Positions 1 through 9,262 of a stretch of 47,834 nucleotides of DNA are shown here, piece by piece. Each line of letters opens with the position of its first letter. Positions within the stretch are counted from its first letter, which is position 1. A model generated the notes under the pieces. The model was not told the origin of the DNA and ran no database searches. It was given only the letters and a program-made list of their open reading frames with translations. Origin of the DNA: Bacteroidales bacterium (GTDB lineage: Bacteria > Bacteroidota > Bacteroidia > Bacteroidales > UBA7960). Both the position numbers and the translations under genes were made by a program. Location: assembly GCA_041690235.1 (NCBI GenBank), contig JAWLHS010000003.1, positions 1 to 47,834 on the forward strand, in the 5' to 3' direction.

Positions 1-555
1 GATCTTTCGCACGGAGATGGACGGAAATCGCCGGGCTTGATCCTGCACGGCCTTGTCCGCCGGAACAATTGGGTGTAGCGGTCCGGTATCCGCCAGCTTC
101 CCATCTTGATCATTGTAATCACCGGTCCGGTCAGAGGCCAGGGCCTGCAATAAGAATTCGTAATTGAACAGGCTGTCGGGCTCCAGCCGGGTGAGCTGGA
201 TGGTGGCGGTTTCGAGCGTCAGGGCATTTACTTGGATCTTATTGTTCAGCAAGGCCAGCATGCGGAGATTCAGCCGGATCTTCCCGGCATAAACAAGGGT
301 GTCTCCCCTGGCATCTTCCAGAAAGACCCCATCCAGGCTGATGGTCTTCGGAAAACGGATGCCGATCCTTTCAATACTTATCCGGGTACCCGTGCGGTCG
401 GATAAATTGTCAACCATCAGGGAAGTCAGGCGGTTCTGAACCGGGGGAAGCTGGACCAGAACTGTCAGCAGCACCAACAATGCCAATAAGACAAGGAGCA
501 GCCGAAGCCCCCAACGAGCGATTATTTTTCCATAATCCTTGATCCGCTTAAGCAT
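1..555 (-). CDS. TamB/AsmA-like translocation and assembly module protein, N-terminal part (runs off window start)
   Basis: Not in ORF track; manual translation from ATG at 555: MLKRIKDYGKIIARWGLRLLLVLLALLVLLTVLVQLPPVQNRLTSLMVDNLSDRTGTRISIERIGIRFPKTISLDGVFLEDARGDTLVYAG..., an N-terminal TM anchor plus the start typical of Bacteroidota TamB/AsmA proteins. Confidence 0.75.
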   Translation of the reverse strand, partial: MLKRIKDYGKIIARWGLRLLLVLLALLVLLTVLVQLPPVQNRLTSLMVDNLSDRTGTRISIERIGIRFPKTISLDGVFLEDARGDTLVYAGKIRLNLRMLALLNNKIQVNALTLETATIQLTRLEPDSLFNYEFLLQALASDRTGDYNDQDGKLADTGPLHPIVPADKAVQDQARRFPSISVRKI

Positions 556-739
556 AAAAAACCATTTCGTATCCAAGGTACGAAAATATCCCCAATGGCA
601 CCAGTGGCCGGGCCGGTTATTGGATTTTTTTATGCTTTTAATCCCATCAATCACGGAGGTTTATCCATGAAAATGCGACCGGGGGATTTTCCGATATTGA
701 ATAAACTTTCAGATCTTTGCATCACCAAGATTTCAATCC

Positions 740-1084
740 ATGGCAAGAAAAGAAAAAAAAACGCTTCACAACATTGTATACAGTACCAACCCGGACCTCC
801 GGTTCGATGTTCCGGAAAAAAAAACGCCAACCCTGCCCCCGGCTCAGCAGCAGCTGAGGGTTGAGATCAGCAGGAAAGGGCGGGGAGGAAAAACGGTGAG
901 CCTGGTTACCGGGTTTTCCGGGCAAACGGAAGACCTGGAGGCCCTGGGCAAGGAGCTGAAAACAAAATGTGGCGTGGGTGGTTCCGTGAAGGACGGAGAG
1001 GTATTGCTGCAGGGAGATGTGCGTGACAAGGCATTGGAATACCTTCTCCGCAAAGGATATAAAGCAAAGAAGGCGGGTGGTTGA
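740..1084 (+). CDS. yciH: SUI1-family translation initiation factor
   Basis: VYSTNPD, RKGRGGKTVSLVTGF, LKTKCGVGGSVKDGEVLLQGD motifs. Confidence 0.93.
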   Translation: MARKEKKTLHNIVYSTNPDLRFDVPEKKTPTLPPAQQQLRVEISRKGRGGKTVSLVTGFSGQTEDLEALGKELKTKCGVGGSVKDGEVLLQGDVRDKALEYLLRKGYKAKKAGG

Positions 1085-1096
1085 CCCCCGCCTTCT
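1068..1096. terminator. GC-rich hairpin between convergent yciH and hndA, probable (bidirectional) terminator
   Basis: AGAAGGCGGG(1068-1077)-N9-CCCGCCTTCT(1087-1096), a perfect 10-bp stem; no clear U-tract. Confidence 0.5.
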
Positions 1097-1117
1097 GCCC
1101 CTTGACATGGGTGCGAA

Positions 1118-1606
1118 TTAATCTTCTTCGTATTCCTTCAGGATGCCCTTCACCCCATCGGTGGTTACACGGCCGTATGTTTTGTCTCCCACCATCACCA
1201 CGGGGGCCAGTCCGCAAGCACCAACGCACCTGAGACAAGTGATGGAGAACTTTCCGTCGGGGGTCGTCTCCCCCACGGGAACCTTCAGAATGCGTTTAAA
1301 TTCCTCGAGCACTTTTTCCGCCCCCCTCACATAACAAGCCGTGCCTGTGCAAATGGAGATCGGATAGCGCCCCTTGGGCAGCATCGTAAAGAAGGAATAA
1401 AACGTCACCACCCCATATACTTTGGCGACCGAAACATTCAATTCCTGGGCGACGATCTCCTGCACCTCGGCGGGCAGATAGCCGAAGATTTCCTGGGCTT
1501 TATGCAACACATTGATCAGCTCACCGGGTTTGTTCCCAAACGATTTGGCCACCTCTTTCAGCCGCTGCACATCGCCTTCCTTGAGTTTAACTTTTATGGA
1601 TGTCAT
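1118..1606 (-). CDS. hndA: NuoE-like [2Fe-2S] subunit of multimeric [FeFe]-hydrogenase (HndA/HydC)
   Basis: VYGVVTFYSFF, CTGTAC...CVGAC thioredoxin-like 2Fe-2S motif; last gene of the hydrogenase operon. Confidence 0.9.
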   Translation of the reverse strand: MTSIKVKLKEGDVQRLKEVAKSFGNKPGELINVLHKAQEIFGYLPAEVQEIVAQELNVSVAKVYGVVTFYSFFTMLPKGRYPISICTGTACYVRGAEKVLEEFKRILKVPVGETTPDGKFSITCLRCVGACGLAPVVMVGDKTYGRVTTDGVKGILKEYEED

Positions 1607-1656
1607 TGTTGTGAATTTTATTGTTAAAAATCGGTTTTCAATAAAGGCTCAGTCCC

Positions 1657-3429
1657 CTAATCGAGTAACACATCTTTGTGTTTCTTGTCGAAATAATGGG
1701 TATGCAGGAGGTGATGTGCCTTTTCGCTCATCGGTTTGCCGAGGAATTCCTCATACAGCTTTATGATGTCGGGGTTCTCATGCGACTTCCGGATGGCTTT
1801 TCCGGCGTCTTCCCGATAAATGGCCTTCTGCCGGGCTTTCAGGATTTCCGGATTGCCATGGTGCAGTGGTTGTCCGCCTCCACCTATACATCCACTCGGG
1901 CAGGCCATGATCTCAATCGCATGATACTGGCTTTTACCCGCCTTGATCTCTTCGAGCAGTTTTCGTGCATTACCCAGTCCATGGGCAATACCGATCCTAA
2001 TTTCGACGCCGTCAAAATCAACCGTGGCCGAACGGATCCCTTCCAGACCACGCAGCTGTTCAAAGTCGACCTTTGCCAGCGATTTCCCGGTATGAAGCTC
2101 GTAAGCTGTGCGGGCAGCGGCCTCTATAACCCCGCCTGTGGTACCGAAGATCACGCCGGCACCGGACGACTCACCCATGGGTTTGTCAAAATCCTCCTGG
2201 GGAAGATCGTTCAGGTTCAAATTGGATCTCTTGATCAGGGCGGCCAGCTCGCGGGTAGAGATGGAAAAGTCCACATCAGGATTGCCGTCAACCTGGAACT
2301 CCTCACGGGTACACTCATACTTCTTAGCCACACAAGGCATGACGGAAACCACCACCATGTTTTTGCGATCGACATTTACTTTTTCAGCAAAATAGGACTT
2401 TGCGATGGATCCAAACATCTGTTGGGGCGAACGTGCCGTGGAGGGGATGTCGAGCATGTCCGGAAAGTGGTACTCAAAGAAATTAACCCAACCCGGACAG
2501 CAGGATGTCAACATGGGCAGCTTAACGGACTGATCCCCGTTCAGGTGGCGCGTCAGGCGGTCCAGCAACTCAGTCCCTTCTTCCATAATGGTCAGGTCGG
2601 CGGCAAAGTCCGTATCAAACACGTAGTCAAATCCAAGGTGCCTGAGGGCGGAGACCATTTTCCCGGTGACCAGGGTTCCGGCTTCCATCCCGAATTCTTC
2701 GCCCAGGGCGGCCCGCACCGCTGGAGCGGTCTGCACAACGACTGTTTTTGTCGGGTCAGCCAAAGCACGAACGACCTGGTTGGTGTGGTCAACTTCTGTA
2801 AGGGCTCCGGTGGGACAAACGGCCACGCATTGACCGCAATAGGTGCATTCGCTATGATCAAGGTCCCGCTCAAAGGCAGGTGCTACAACGGCTTCGAAGC
2901 CACGATTAATGCCTGAAAGTACACCAACGGTCTGAAAGTCGTTGCACATGGTTTCACAACGGCGGCACATGATGCATTTGTCCATCTCCCTTATGATGGC
3001 CGGTGAAAAGTCTGGCTTATAGGTGGATTTCTCTCCCTGGTAGGGAATATCCCGCACACCCATTTTGATGGCCATGTTTTGCAGATCACAATGACCGCTT
3101 TTCGCACAAATCAGGCAATCGAAGGGATGGTCCGACAGTATCAGTTCCAGAACGGTTTTGCGGGCGTTCAGCACCCTCATGCTGTGGGTTTGTATATCCA
3201 TCCCATCTGCGCATTCCGTTGCACAGGAAGGGGCCAGGTTTCGGCGTCCTTCGACCTCCACCACACAAACGCGGCACCCCCCTGGTTTATGTTCTATATT
3301 CAGGTCCCCCAGGTTCATATAGCAAAGGGTTGGGATTTCAATTCCCAGTTTTTTCGCGGCGTGGAATATGGTTGTCCCTTTTTCAACCTGGACAGGCCTT
3401 TTATCTATTGTGATATTTATCAGTTCCAT
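1657..3429 (-). CDS. hndD: Group A3 [FeFe]-hydrogenase catalytic subunit (HndD/HydA)
   Basis: H-cluster motifs TSCCPGW, MPCVAKKYE, EIMACPSGCIGGG; N-terminal 2Fe-2S, His-ligated 4Fe-4S (HPFDCLICAKSGHC) and two 4Fe-4S motifs. Confidence 0.95.
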   Translation of the reverse strand: MELINITIDKRPVQVEKGTTIFHAAKKLGIEIPTLCYMNLGDLNIEHKPGGCRVCVVEVEGRRNLAPSCATECADGMDIQTHSMRVLNARKTVLELILSDHPFDCLICAKSGHCDLQNMAIKMGVRDIPYQGEKSTYKPDFSPAIIREMDKCIMCRRCETMCNDFQTVGVLSGINRGFEAVVAPAFERDLDHSECTYCGQCVAVCPTGALTEVDHTNQVVRALADPTKTVVVQTAPAVRAALGEEFGMEAGTLVTGKMVSALRHLGFDYVFDTDFAADLTIMEEGTELLDRLTRHLNGDQSVKLPMLTSCCPGWVNFFEYHFPDMLDIPSTARSPQQMFGSIAKSYFAEKVNVDRKNMVVVSVMPCVAKKYECTREEFQVDGNPDVDFSISTRELAALIKRSNLNLNDLPQEDFDKPMGESSGAGVIFGTTGGVIEAAARTAYELHTGKSLAKVDFEQLRGLEGIRSATVDFDGVEIRIGIAHGLGNARKLLEEIKAGKSQYHAIEIMACPSGCIGGGGQPLHHGNPEILKARQKAIYREDAGKAIRKSHENPDIIKLYEEFLGKPMSEKAHHLLHTHYFDKKHKDVLLD

Positions 3430-3451
3430 TATTATCGTTCCTTATTGGTTT

Positions 3452-5245
3452 CTAAATGACTGTTACGGCGTTAAACTTACATTTCTCCATACAGGCACCG
3501 CATTTGATACAGAGTGACTGGTCAATGGTATGCAGTTGTTTTCTTTCTCCGGCAATGCAGTTTACCGGGCAATTACGCGCACAGGCAGTGCACCCAACGC
3601 AGTTTTCCGGGATGATCTCGAAGCGGATCAGGTCTTTACAGACACCTGACGGGCAACGCCCATCCTCAATATGGGCAAGATATTCCCCATGGAAGTTATC
3701 CATGGTCGACAGTACCGGATTTGGAGAGGTTTGTCCGAGACCGCAGAGAGAAGTGTCACGGATGACCATACTCAGATTCCTGAGGTGATCCAGGTCCTCC
3801 ATCTTTGCCTTGCCTTTGGTGATTTTGTCGAGCAGTTCATACAACCTTTTATTTCCTATCCGGCAGGGTGAACATTTCCCGCAGGACTCCTCCACGGTAA
3901 AGTCGAGGTAGAACTTGGCCACCGCAACCATGCAATCGTCTTCGTCCATTACGATCATTCCGCCGGATCCCATCATGGAGCCTGCGGCAATGAGGTTGTC
4001 GAAATCAATGGGGGTATCCAGGTGTTTTTCCGTCAGGCATCCGCCCGAGGGACCACCGGTCTGGACGGCTTTGAACTTCTTTCCATCCTTGATGCCGCCA
4101 CCGATCTCAAAAATCACCTCCCGGAGTGTGATCCCCATCGGCACCTCTATGAGACCAACGTTATTGATCTTTCCGGCCAGGGCAAATACCTTGGTTCCCT
4201 TTGACTTTTCGGTTCCAATACCGGCAAACCATTTGGCCCCTTTGTTGTATATAACCGGAATATTGGCAAAAGTCTCCACATTGTTCACATTTGTCGGGAG
4301 GCCGAGATAACCACTTTGCGCCGGGAAGGGGGGTTTAAAGGTGGGCTCTCCCCGTTCTCCTTCCATGGAGTGGATCAGGGCAGTTTCTTCACCGCAAACA
4401 AACGCACCGGCCCCATAGCGAATTTCCACATCGAAGTCGAAACCGCTACCCAGAATGTCGGTACCCAACAGCCCGTATTCCCTTGCCTGGTTGATGGCAA
4501 TCTTCAAACGATGGATGGCCAGGGGGTATTCTGCGCGGATATAGATCAGGCCTTTTGTTGCACCGATGCAATAGCCGTTGATGACCATGGCTTCCAGCAC
4601 ACTATGGGGGTCACCTTCCAGAATGGAACGATCCATGAATGCACCGGGGTCCCCTTCATCTGCATTGCAGACAACGAATTTCTGTACGGCCTGAACCTTG
4701 CTTGCTATCTGCCATTTGATTCCGGTTGGGAAACCGCCGCCACCGCGGCCGCGTAGTCCTGAATCGATCATTTCCTGGATGGCCTGCTCCGGGGTCATTT
4801 CAGACAGTACTTTTCCCAGGGCTTCATATCCATCGGCAGCAAGGTATTCATCGACATTTTCAGGATCAATCAGGCCGCAATTCCGCAATGCAATCCGGAT
4901 CTGCTTCTTGTAAAAACCCATATGTTTTGAATCCGGAATTTGTTCCTTTTTTACAGGATCCTTATACAACAACTTCTCCACCTTTCGTCCTTTGATGGCA
5001 TGCTCTTCCACGATCAATTTGGCATCTTCCGGCTTTACCGAAACGTAAAAGGTATTGTCCGGGATCATTTTAACAATGGGCCCTTTTTCGCAAAAGCCAA
5101 AACAGCCGGTGGTGATGACCTGAACCTCATCCTCCAGCCCGTTTTCTTTCACTTCTTTTCTTAGATTCTTATACAGCATGTCACTGGCCGAGGCCCTGCA
5201 ACCCGTGCCACCACAGACCAGCATATGCATTTTGAATTTTGCCAT
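3452..5245 (-). CDS. hndC: NuoF-like flavoprotein subunit, long bifurcating type (HndC/HydB)
   Basis: GLRGRGGGGFPTG, NADEGDPGAFMDR, GAFVCGEET, GGPSGG, CGKCSPCRIG; N-terminal 2Fe-2S and C-terminal 2x[4Fe-4S] domains. Confidence 0.95.
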   Translation of the reverse strand: MAKFKMHMLVCGGTGCRASASDMLYKNLRKEVKENGLEDEVQVITTGCFGFCEKGPIVKMIPDNTFYVSVKPEDAKLIVEEHAIKGRKVEKLLYKDPVKKEQIPDSKHMGFYKKQIRIALRNCGLIDPENVDEYLAADGYEALGKVLSEMTPEQAIQEMIDSGLRGRGGGGFPTGIKWQIASKVQAVQKFVVCNADEGDPGAFMDRSILEGDPHSVLEAMVINGYCIGATKGLIYIRAEYPLAIHRLKIAINQAREYGLLGTDILGSGFDFDVEIRYGAGAFVCGEETALIHSMEGERGEPTFKPPFPAQSGYLGLPTNVNNVETFANIPVIYNKGAKWFAGIGTEKSKGTKVFALAGKINNVGLIEVPMGITLREVIFEIGGGIKDGKKFKAVQTGGPSGGCLTEKHLDTPIDFDNLIAAGSMMGSGGMIVMDEDDCMVAVAKFYLDFTVEESCGKCSPCRIGNKRLYELLDKITKGKAKMEDLDHLRNLSMVIRDTSLCGLGQTSPNPVLSTMDNFHGEYLAHIEDGRCPSGVCKDLIRFEIIPENCVGCTACARNCPVNCIAGERKQLHTIDQSLCIKCGACMEKCKFNAVTVI

Positions 5246-5269
5246 TCTATACGTCCTCCTGTTTAAAAA

Positions 5270-5662
5270 TTAGTCAATGGTTTCGTAATTGATGGGAATG
5301 ATCCCTTCGAGGAGTTCCCCGGTTTTGATGTATTTCTCGATGATCCCGTCAGCCTTCGCGGCATCCACATACCCAAATACAACAGGCTCTTTCCCTGGCA
5401 ATGTCACCTCGACAGTTGGTTCGGCGTAGCAATAGCCCATGCAGCCCGTTTGGGAAACAATGGCATCGATGCCGCGCTTGTCCAGTTCGTCCACCAGAAA
5501 CTCCATTACTTCTTTGGCACCGGAGGCAATACCACAGGTCGCCATGGCCACTTTGATCATCACCCTGCCTTCGGGATTGTCACTTTTCTCCCTTAAGGCG
5601 ATCTTTGACTGAAAGCTTTCTTTCATTTTCCTCAGATCGTCCAATGATTTGATTTTTGTCAT
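5270..5662 (-). CDS. hndB: Thioredoxin-like [2Fe-2S] ferredoxin subunit (HndB/HydD)
   Basis: MATCGIASGA...GCMGYCYAEP; start chosen at MTKIKSLDDL (5662) rather than 5698. Confidence 0.88.
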   Translation of the reverse strand: MTKIKSLDDLRKMKESFQSKIALREKSDNPEGRVMIKVAMATCGIASGAKEVMEFLVDELDKRGIDAIVSQTGCMGYCYAEPTVEVTLPGKEPVVFGYVDAAKADGIIEKYIKTGELLEGIIPINYETID

Positions 5663-5697
5663 TTTTGAATCTCCCATTTTATACATTGCTTGAATCA

Positions 5698-6237
5698 TTA
5701 TTGTATGTTAATCAGGTTTTCCTTAATCATTTCTCTGATAAGGCGAATCACCCCCGGTTCGCTTAAGGGAACACCATCCAGGGCCTCTTTGACCTCCCTG
5801 GTATCGAAGCGGTATACCCTGTCATCAATCCGGTGGCTATAAACAAATTCCAGCCCGGGATTAGCGCCACAAAGCATGGAAATCACGCCGGGTATATCTC
5901 CCAATGAGGGCCGGTCAATATGGTCATGCACAAACAGGGCCATAAGGCGTGTCCCTTTCCCGGGACTGGACTCTATGTGCAGCTTGCCTCCCGTTTGCTG
6001 GGCATTTTGTTTTAACAATGGGATCCCCAACCCGACCTTCCGCGTTTTTCTGGAAGTAAAATAGGGATCACTGACCTGATCCAGCACCTCAGCGGACATA
6101 CCCCGGCCATTGTCTGCAACCGCAATTTCAAGGGTGTTGGATGCCAAGGCCTCGTCTATGTCAACCTCTACCAGGCTGGCCCCGGCAGCGATTGAGTTTT
6201 GGACAATATCCAGTATATGCAATGACAAATCCTTCAC
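5698..6237 (-). CDS. Stand-alone HATPase_c (histidine-kinase-like ATP-binding) protein, hydrogenase-associated
   Basis: LDIVQNSIAAGA (N box), DNGRGM (G1), DPYFTS (F), GLGIP (G2); no sensor or His-phosphotransfer domain. Confidence 0.85.
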   Translation of the reverse strand: MKDLSLHILDIVQNSIAAGASLVEVDIDEALASNTLEIAVADNGRGMSAEVLDQVSDPYFTSRKTRKVGLGIPLLKQNAQQTGGKLHIESSPGKGTRLMALFVHDHIDRPSLGDIPGVISMLCGANPGLEFVYSHRIDDRVYRFDTREVKEALDGVPLSEPGVIRLIREMIKENLINIQ

Positions 6238-6255
6238 TCCTTGTCTAAATCCTTT

Positions 6256-7032
6256 CTAATTTCTGCTCACTTCATTTGAACGCCCATGCCCGGGTTCTAT
6301 CATCACCGTTCGCCCGCCTTCCCCTTTCAGGGCCAGGCGGATCTCTTCAAAGCCGGCTTCCTGAATCAGCATCAGCGTTTTTCTGCTTCCAATCTGTTCC
6401 GGCTGGTGCGCATCCGATCCCCCAATGAATGACCGCCCTTCCAGGTATGGAAACTTTTTAACCATATCAGCAGGGGTTGTCAGACGGGAAACTTCAAAGG
6501 CATCTGCCCTGAGGCCCGGGGGTACAAACCCGAGCTGACTGATCAGGCTGTAACTTGGGCGGTCTATATGGGCAGGAATAAACAAACCGCCCAGGCCATG
6601 AACCTTTTCTTCGAGCTGTTCAATGGTCTGATCCAGGGCCGAGATCAATAGTTTATCGATCTGCTCCAGAATCAGGCCGTTTTCATCAACCACGACCTGG
6701 TACCCGAAATAGCGTGGATTGTTGGCAATATCCGGGAGGTGATCCTCCAGGTATTGCTGAAAAATCCCTAATTTTTCCAAATCTTCAAAGAACGCCAGGC
6801 AGTGGGTCTCTTCTTTGGTGGTCACTTCGGCCCCACAAAGAACGAATATCCCCTTCTCGGCGGCCAGCCTTTTAATGAGGGGCCCGTGCAAGGTGCTGTT
6901 GTGGTCGGCAATTCCAAGGATATCGATTTTCTTCCTGGCAGCCTCTTCCACAATTCTCGCCGGACTCATCTCCAAGTCACCGCATGGGGAGAGAACGGAA
7001 TGCACATGCAAATCAGCCTTGAATATTCGCAT
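6256..7032 (-). CDS. PHP-domain metal-dependent phosphoesterase
   Basis: DLHVHS, ADHN, GAEV, PAHIDR, SDAH metal-binding motifs. Confidence 0.9.
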   Translation of the reverse strand: MRIFKADLHVHSVLSPCGDLEMSPARIVEEAARKKIDILGIADHNSTLHGPLIKRLAAEKGIFVLCGAEVTTKEETHCLAFFEDLEKLGIFQQYLEDHLPDIANNPRYFGYQVVVDENGLILEQIDKLLISALDQTIEQLEEKVHGLGGLFIPAHIDRPSYSLISQLGFVPPGLRADAFEVSRLTTPADMVKKFPYLEGRSFIGGSDAHQPEQIGSRKTLMLIQEAGFEEIRLALKGEGGRTVMIEPGHGRSNEVSRN

Positions 7033-7366
7033 CCCCTTTTATAAATTCGTATATCTTTCCGGTCATATCAAAAGCACCCAGGCTCGTTCCCAAGATGGGA
7101 ATACCTTCAGATTCGCTCTGCCGGGCCGTGTCCTCATCAGGCTGATTACCGGCAACCAGCAGAACGGCAGCCAGGTCTTTCAGCGAGGCAATGGCCATCA
7201 CGTTTTTATGCGTTTGCAAGGTCATCCAAATCTCTCCCGCCTCCGCATTTCCCATCACATCGCTCAGCAAATCTGACACATAACCACCTTCAACAATGCG
7301 ATGAAGGCCCTTCTCCCCGGAAAAGACCTTCAGCTTAAATTCCCTGACAACATCTGCAACAGTCAT
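7013..7366 (-). CDS. DRTGG-domain protein
   Basis: GGYVSDLLSDVMG, WMTLQTHKNVMAIASL; start moved to ATG at 7366. Confidence 0.85.
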   Translation of the reverse strand: MTVADVVREFKLKVFSGEKGLHRIVEGGYVSDLLSDVMGNAEAGEIWMTLQTHKNVMAIASLKDLAAVLLVAGNQPDEDTARQSESEGIPILGTSLGAFDMTGKIYEFIKGDANIQG

Positions 7367-7407
7367 ATACAATTCAATTTAAAATTTCCTGATGAATGCT
7401 CCATCCC

Positions 7408-7845
7408 CTATTCTTCATCGCCATTCAAAAACATGGTGATCACCACCCGGGTTCCCTTTCCAACTTCGCTGCTCACCTCAAGTTTGTCGGCATTCTTTTT
7501 CATATTGGGCAAACCCATTCCGGCTCCGAACCCCATTTCCCTGACACTGACACTGGCCGTGGAAAAGCCTTCCTCCATGGCTGCCTCAATATCCGGGATC
7601 CCGGGCCCTTCATCAACAATGGCGATACAAACCGCCCGGGAATCAATATCAACGTATACCGTGCCGCTTTGTGCGTGGGCAACCACATTGACTTCCCCTT
7701 CGTAGGATGCAACCACGGTCCGTTTGATCACTGCGAGATCCACCCCCATTTGTTTAAGCGCTTTCTTGATTTGACTGGAGGCGTATCCGGCCCGCGAAAA
7801 ATTGCCTCCTTCAATATTGAACTCCAGATGCATTGCCTCGCCCAT
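7408..7845 (-). CDS. Anti-sigma-factor-like Ser/Thr protein kinase (RsbT/RsbW-like HATPase)
   Basis: YEGEVNVVAHA, DEGPGI, GFSTAS, GFGAGMGLPNMKK; start moved to MGEAMHLEF (7845). Confidence 0.88.
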   Translation of the reverse strand: MGEAMHLEFNIEGGNFSRAGYASSQIKKALKQMGVDLAVIKRTVVASYEGEVNVVAHAQSGTVYVDIDSRAVCIAIVDEGPGIPDIEAAMEEGFSTASVSVREMGFGAGMGLPNMKKNADKLEVSSEVGKGTRVVITMFLNGDEE

Positions 7846-7850
7846 GTCCG

Positions 7851-8195
7851 TTAAAATACAGGTTTCACACCAGCACTGAATAACAACCCGCAAGTCCTGT
7901 AAACTGAATACCTGCATTGAAGAACAATGATCTCATTCTCCCTGGCCAACTCAAGCATTTCTTCAGTTACTTTTTTGTTTCTGGCAAAAATGATGCATTG
8001 GATGTCAGACATTTCAGCCGTCCGGATGGTCTGTGTATTTGCCAAACCGGTAATCAGCAGTACATGATCGTTCTTCAGTGTCAGCACATCACTCATCAGA
8101 TCCGAAGCAAACGCAACTTCAATGCCCACCTCCATTTTGTCATGGCCGCAAAGAATCTCGGCATCCAGTATCTCAATGATTTCCTGAATTTTCAT
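7851..8195 (-). CDS. DRTGG-domain protein, first gene of the operon
   Basis: AFASDLMSDVL, LLITGLANTQTIRTAEMSD. Confidence 0.85.
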   Translation of the reverse strand: MKIQEIIEILDAEILCGHDKMEVGIEVAFASDLMSDVLTLKNDHVLLITGLANTQTIRTAEMSDIQCIIFARNKKVTEEMLELARENEIIVLQCRYSVYRTCGLLFSAGVKPVF

Positions 8196-8291
8196 GCTTG
8201 GGTTCCTCTTTTAATCGGCCTGCCTGGGGTGGAAAAAATGGTGCGAATCCTTGTTATTCGCGGGACACACCCCCTGCCTTTGATTTTTGTG

Positions 8292-8299
8292 CAAAGATA
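8292..8299 (-). promoter_or_regulatory. Bacteroidota -7 promoter element for the DRTGG-hnd operon
   Basis: Reverse complement TATCTTTG matches TAnnTTTG, about 95 bp upstream of the 8195 start. Confidence 0.6.
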
Positions 8300-8328
8300 A
8301 AAGATTGGGAATCATAAACCAAGAAAAG

Positions 8329-8346
8329 TTGTTAATAATTTCACAT
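8329..8346. promoter_or_regulatory. Rex operator upstream of the hnd operon
   Basis: TTGTTAA-TAAT-TTCACAT vs Rex consensus TTGTGAA-N4-TTCACAA; lies just upstream of the -7 element and next to rex. Confidence 0.7.
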
Positions 8347-8472
8347 CTTGAACAACACTCCACCAATCCGGAATTAGACCTGGACCCGGAAACCATTCAG
8401 CAATGGGGTAATCAGGGGCATAGACCATCCAATTTAGAAAGGCTCTAATTATAAATACCCCCTGACAGGAAC

Positions 8473-9126
8473 CTATTTATTCAATTTGTTCAAAATGACT
8501 GCGAGATCAGAATAGATGGAGGTATTCTCCACAATGATGTTTTCGGGCACTTTGATGGATTGAGGGGTAAAATTCCAAATGGCCTTAATCCCCCAGGCAA
8601 CCATCAGATCCGCCGTCTCCTGGGCTTTGTTATCAGGGGTGGTAATGATACCGATACGGGCCGGAATCTTTCGTGACAAGTCCCTGAAATCATCGGCAGC
8701 GTAAATCTTCACCCCTTTGATGACTGTATTAATAACAAGAGGATCTACATCAAAACCGGCTGAAATCTTCAGGCCATATTGGTTCAGCCCCTCATAATTG
8801 ATGAGGGCCTTGCCCAGGTTCCCCACACCAAACAAAAAGGCATGTTCATGCGAATTAAAATCCAGAAAAACGATGATGGTTTCAATGAGGGTATCCACTT
8901 TATAACCAATCTTGGTCCGGCCCCTGATCCCGGTATAGGAGAGGTCTTTGGTCACCAGGGTGGCATCCATATTAAAGGTAGCAGCAATCTGACTGCTGGA
9001 CACAAACTCAATATTATTAATCTTCAGTGCCTTGAAATAACTAAGGTAACCCGGGAGCCTTCTGAGCGTCGGTTCAGGCACCTGGGGGCTTTCTCCTTTT
9101 ATATTGTTGTGGCTTTTAATTTTCAT
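8473..9126 (-). CDS. rex: Redox-sensing transcriptional repressor Rex
   Basis: PEPTLRRLPGY, KDLSY-G-G-GY winged helix, GVGNLGKAL Rossmann fold, GIKAIWNFTP. Confidence 0.93.
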   Translation of the reverse strand: MKIKSHNNIKGESPQVPEPTLRRLPGYLSYFKALKINNIEFVSSSQIAATFNMDATLVTKDLSYTGIRGRTKIGYKVDTLIETIIVFLDFNSHEHAFLFGVGNLGKALINYEGLNQYGLKISAGFDVDPLVINTVIKGVKIYAADDFRDLSRKIPARIGIITTPDNKAQETADLMVAWGIKAIWNFTPQSIKVPENIIVENTSIYSDLAVILNKLNK

Positions 9127-9244
9127 AAGGCTGGTCTTTATTGTTTCACTCCGACCCTGCGGCCTCGAATAGTAAAAATAAATATTTTTTTCTTTAATTA
9201 AAAAAATATTTTAATAACAATTAAAAATTTTAAATAAATTATTT

Positions 9245-9262
9245 TTGTTATTTAATTAACAA
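9245..9262. promoter_or_regulatory. Rex-like operator upstream of rex (autoregulation)
   Basis: TTGTTAT-TTAA-TTAACAA, an 18-bp near-palindrome in very AT-rich DNA. Confidence 0.5.

Noticed and set aside
1890-1912. Near-identical DNA stretches shared by the two hydA genes (e.g. with about 9775-9795)
   Set aside because: Explained by the conserved H-cluster motif EIMACPSGC in paralogues, not a repeat element.
1678-2916. 412-aa plus-strand ORF, and similar long ORFs at 10149-11063, 12139-13083, 21157-21969, 30448-31344, 38930-39688 and 46570-47439
   Set aside because: Antisense shadows of well-supported genes, with no recognisable motifs.
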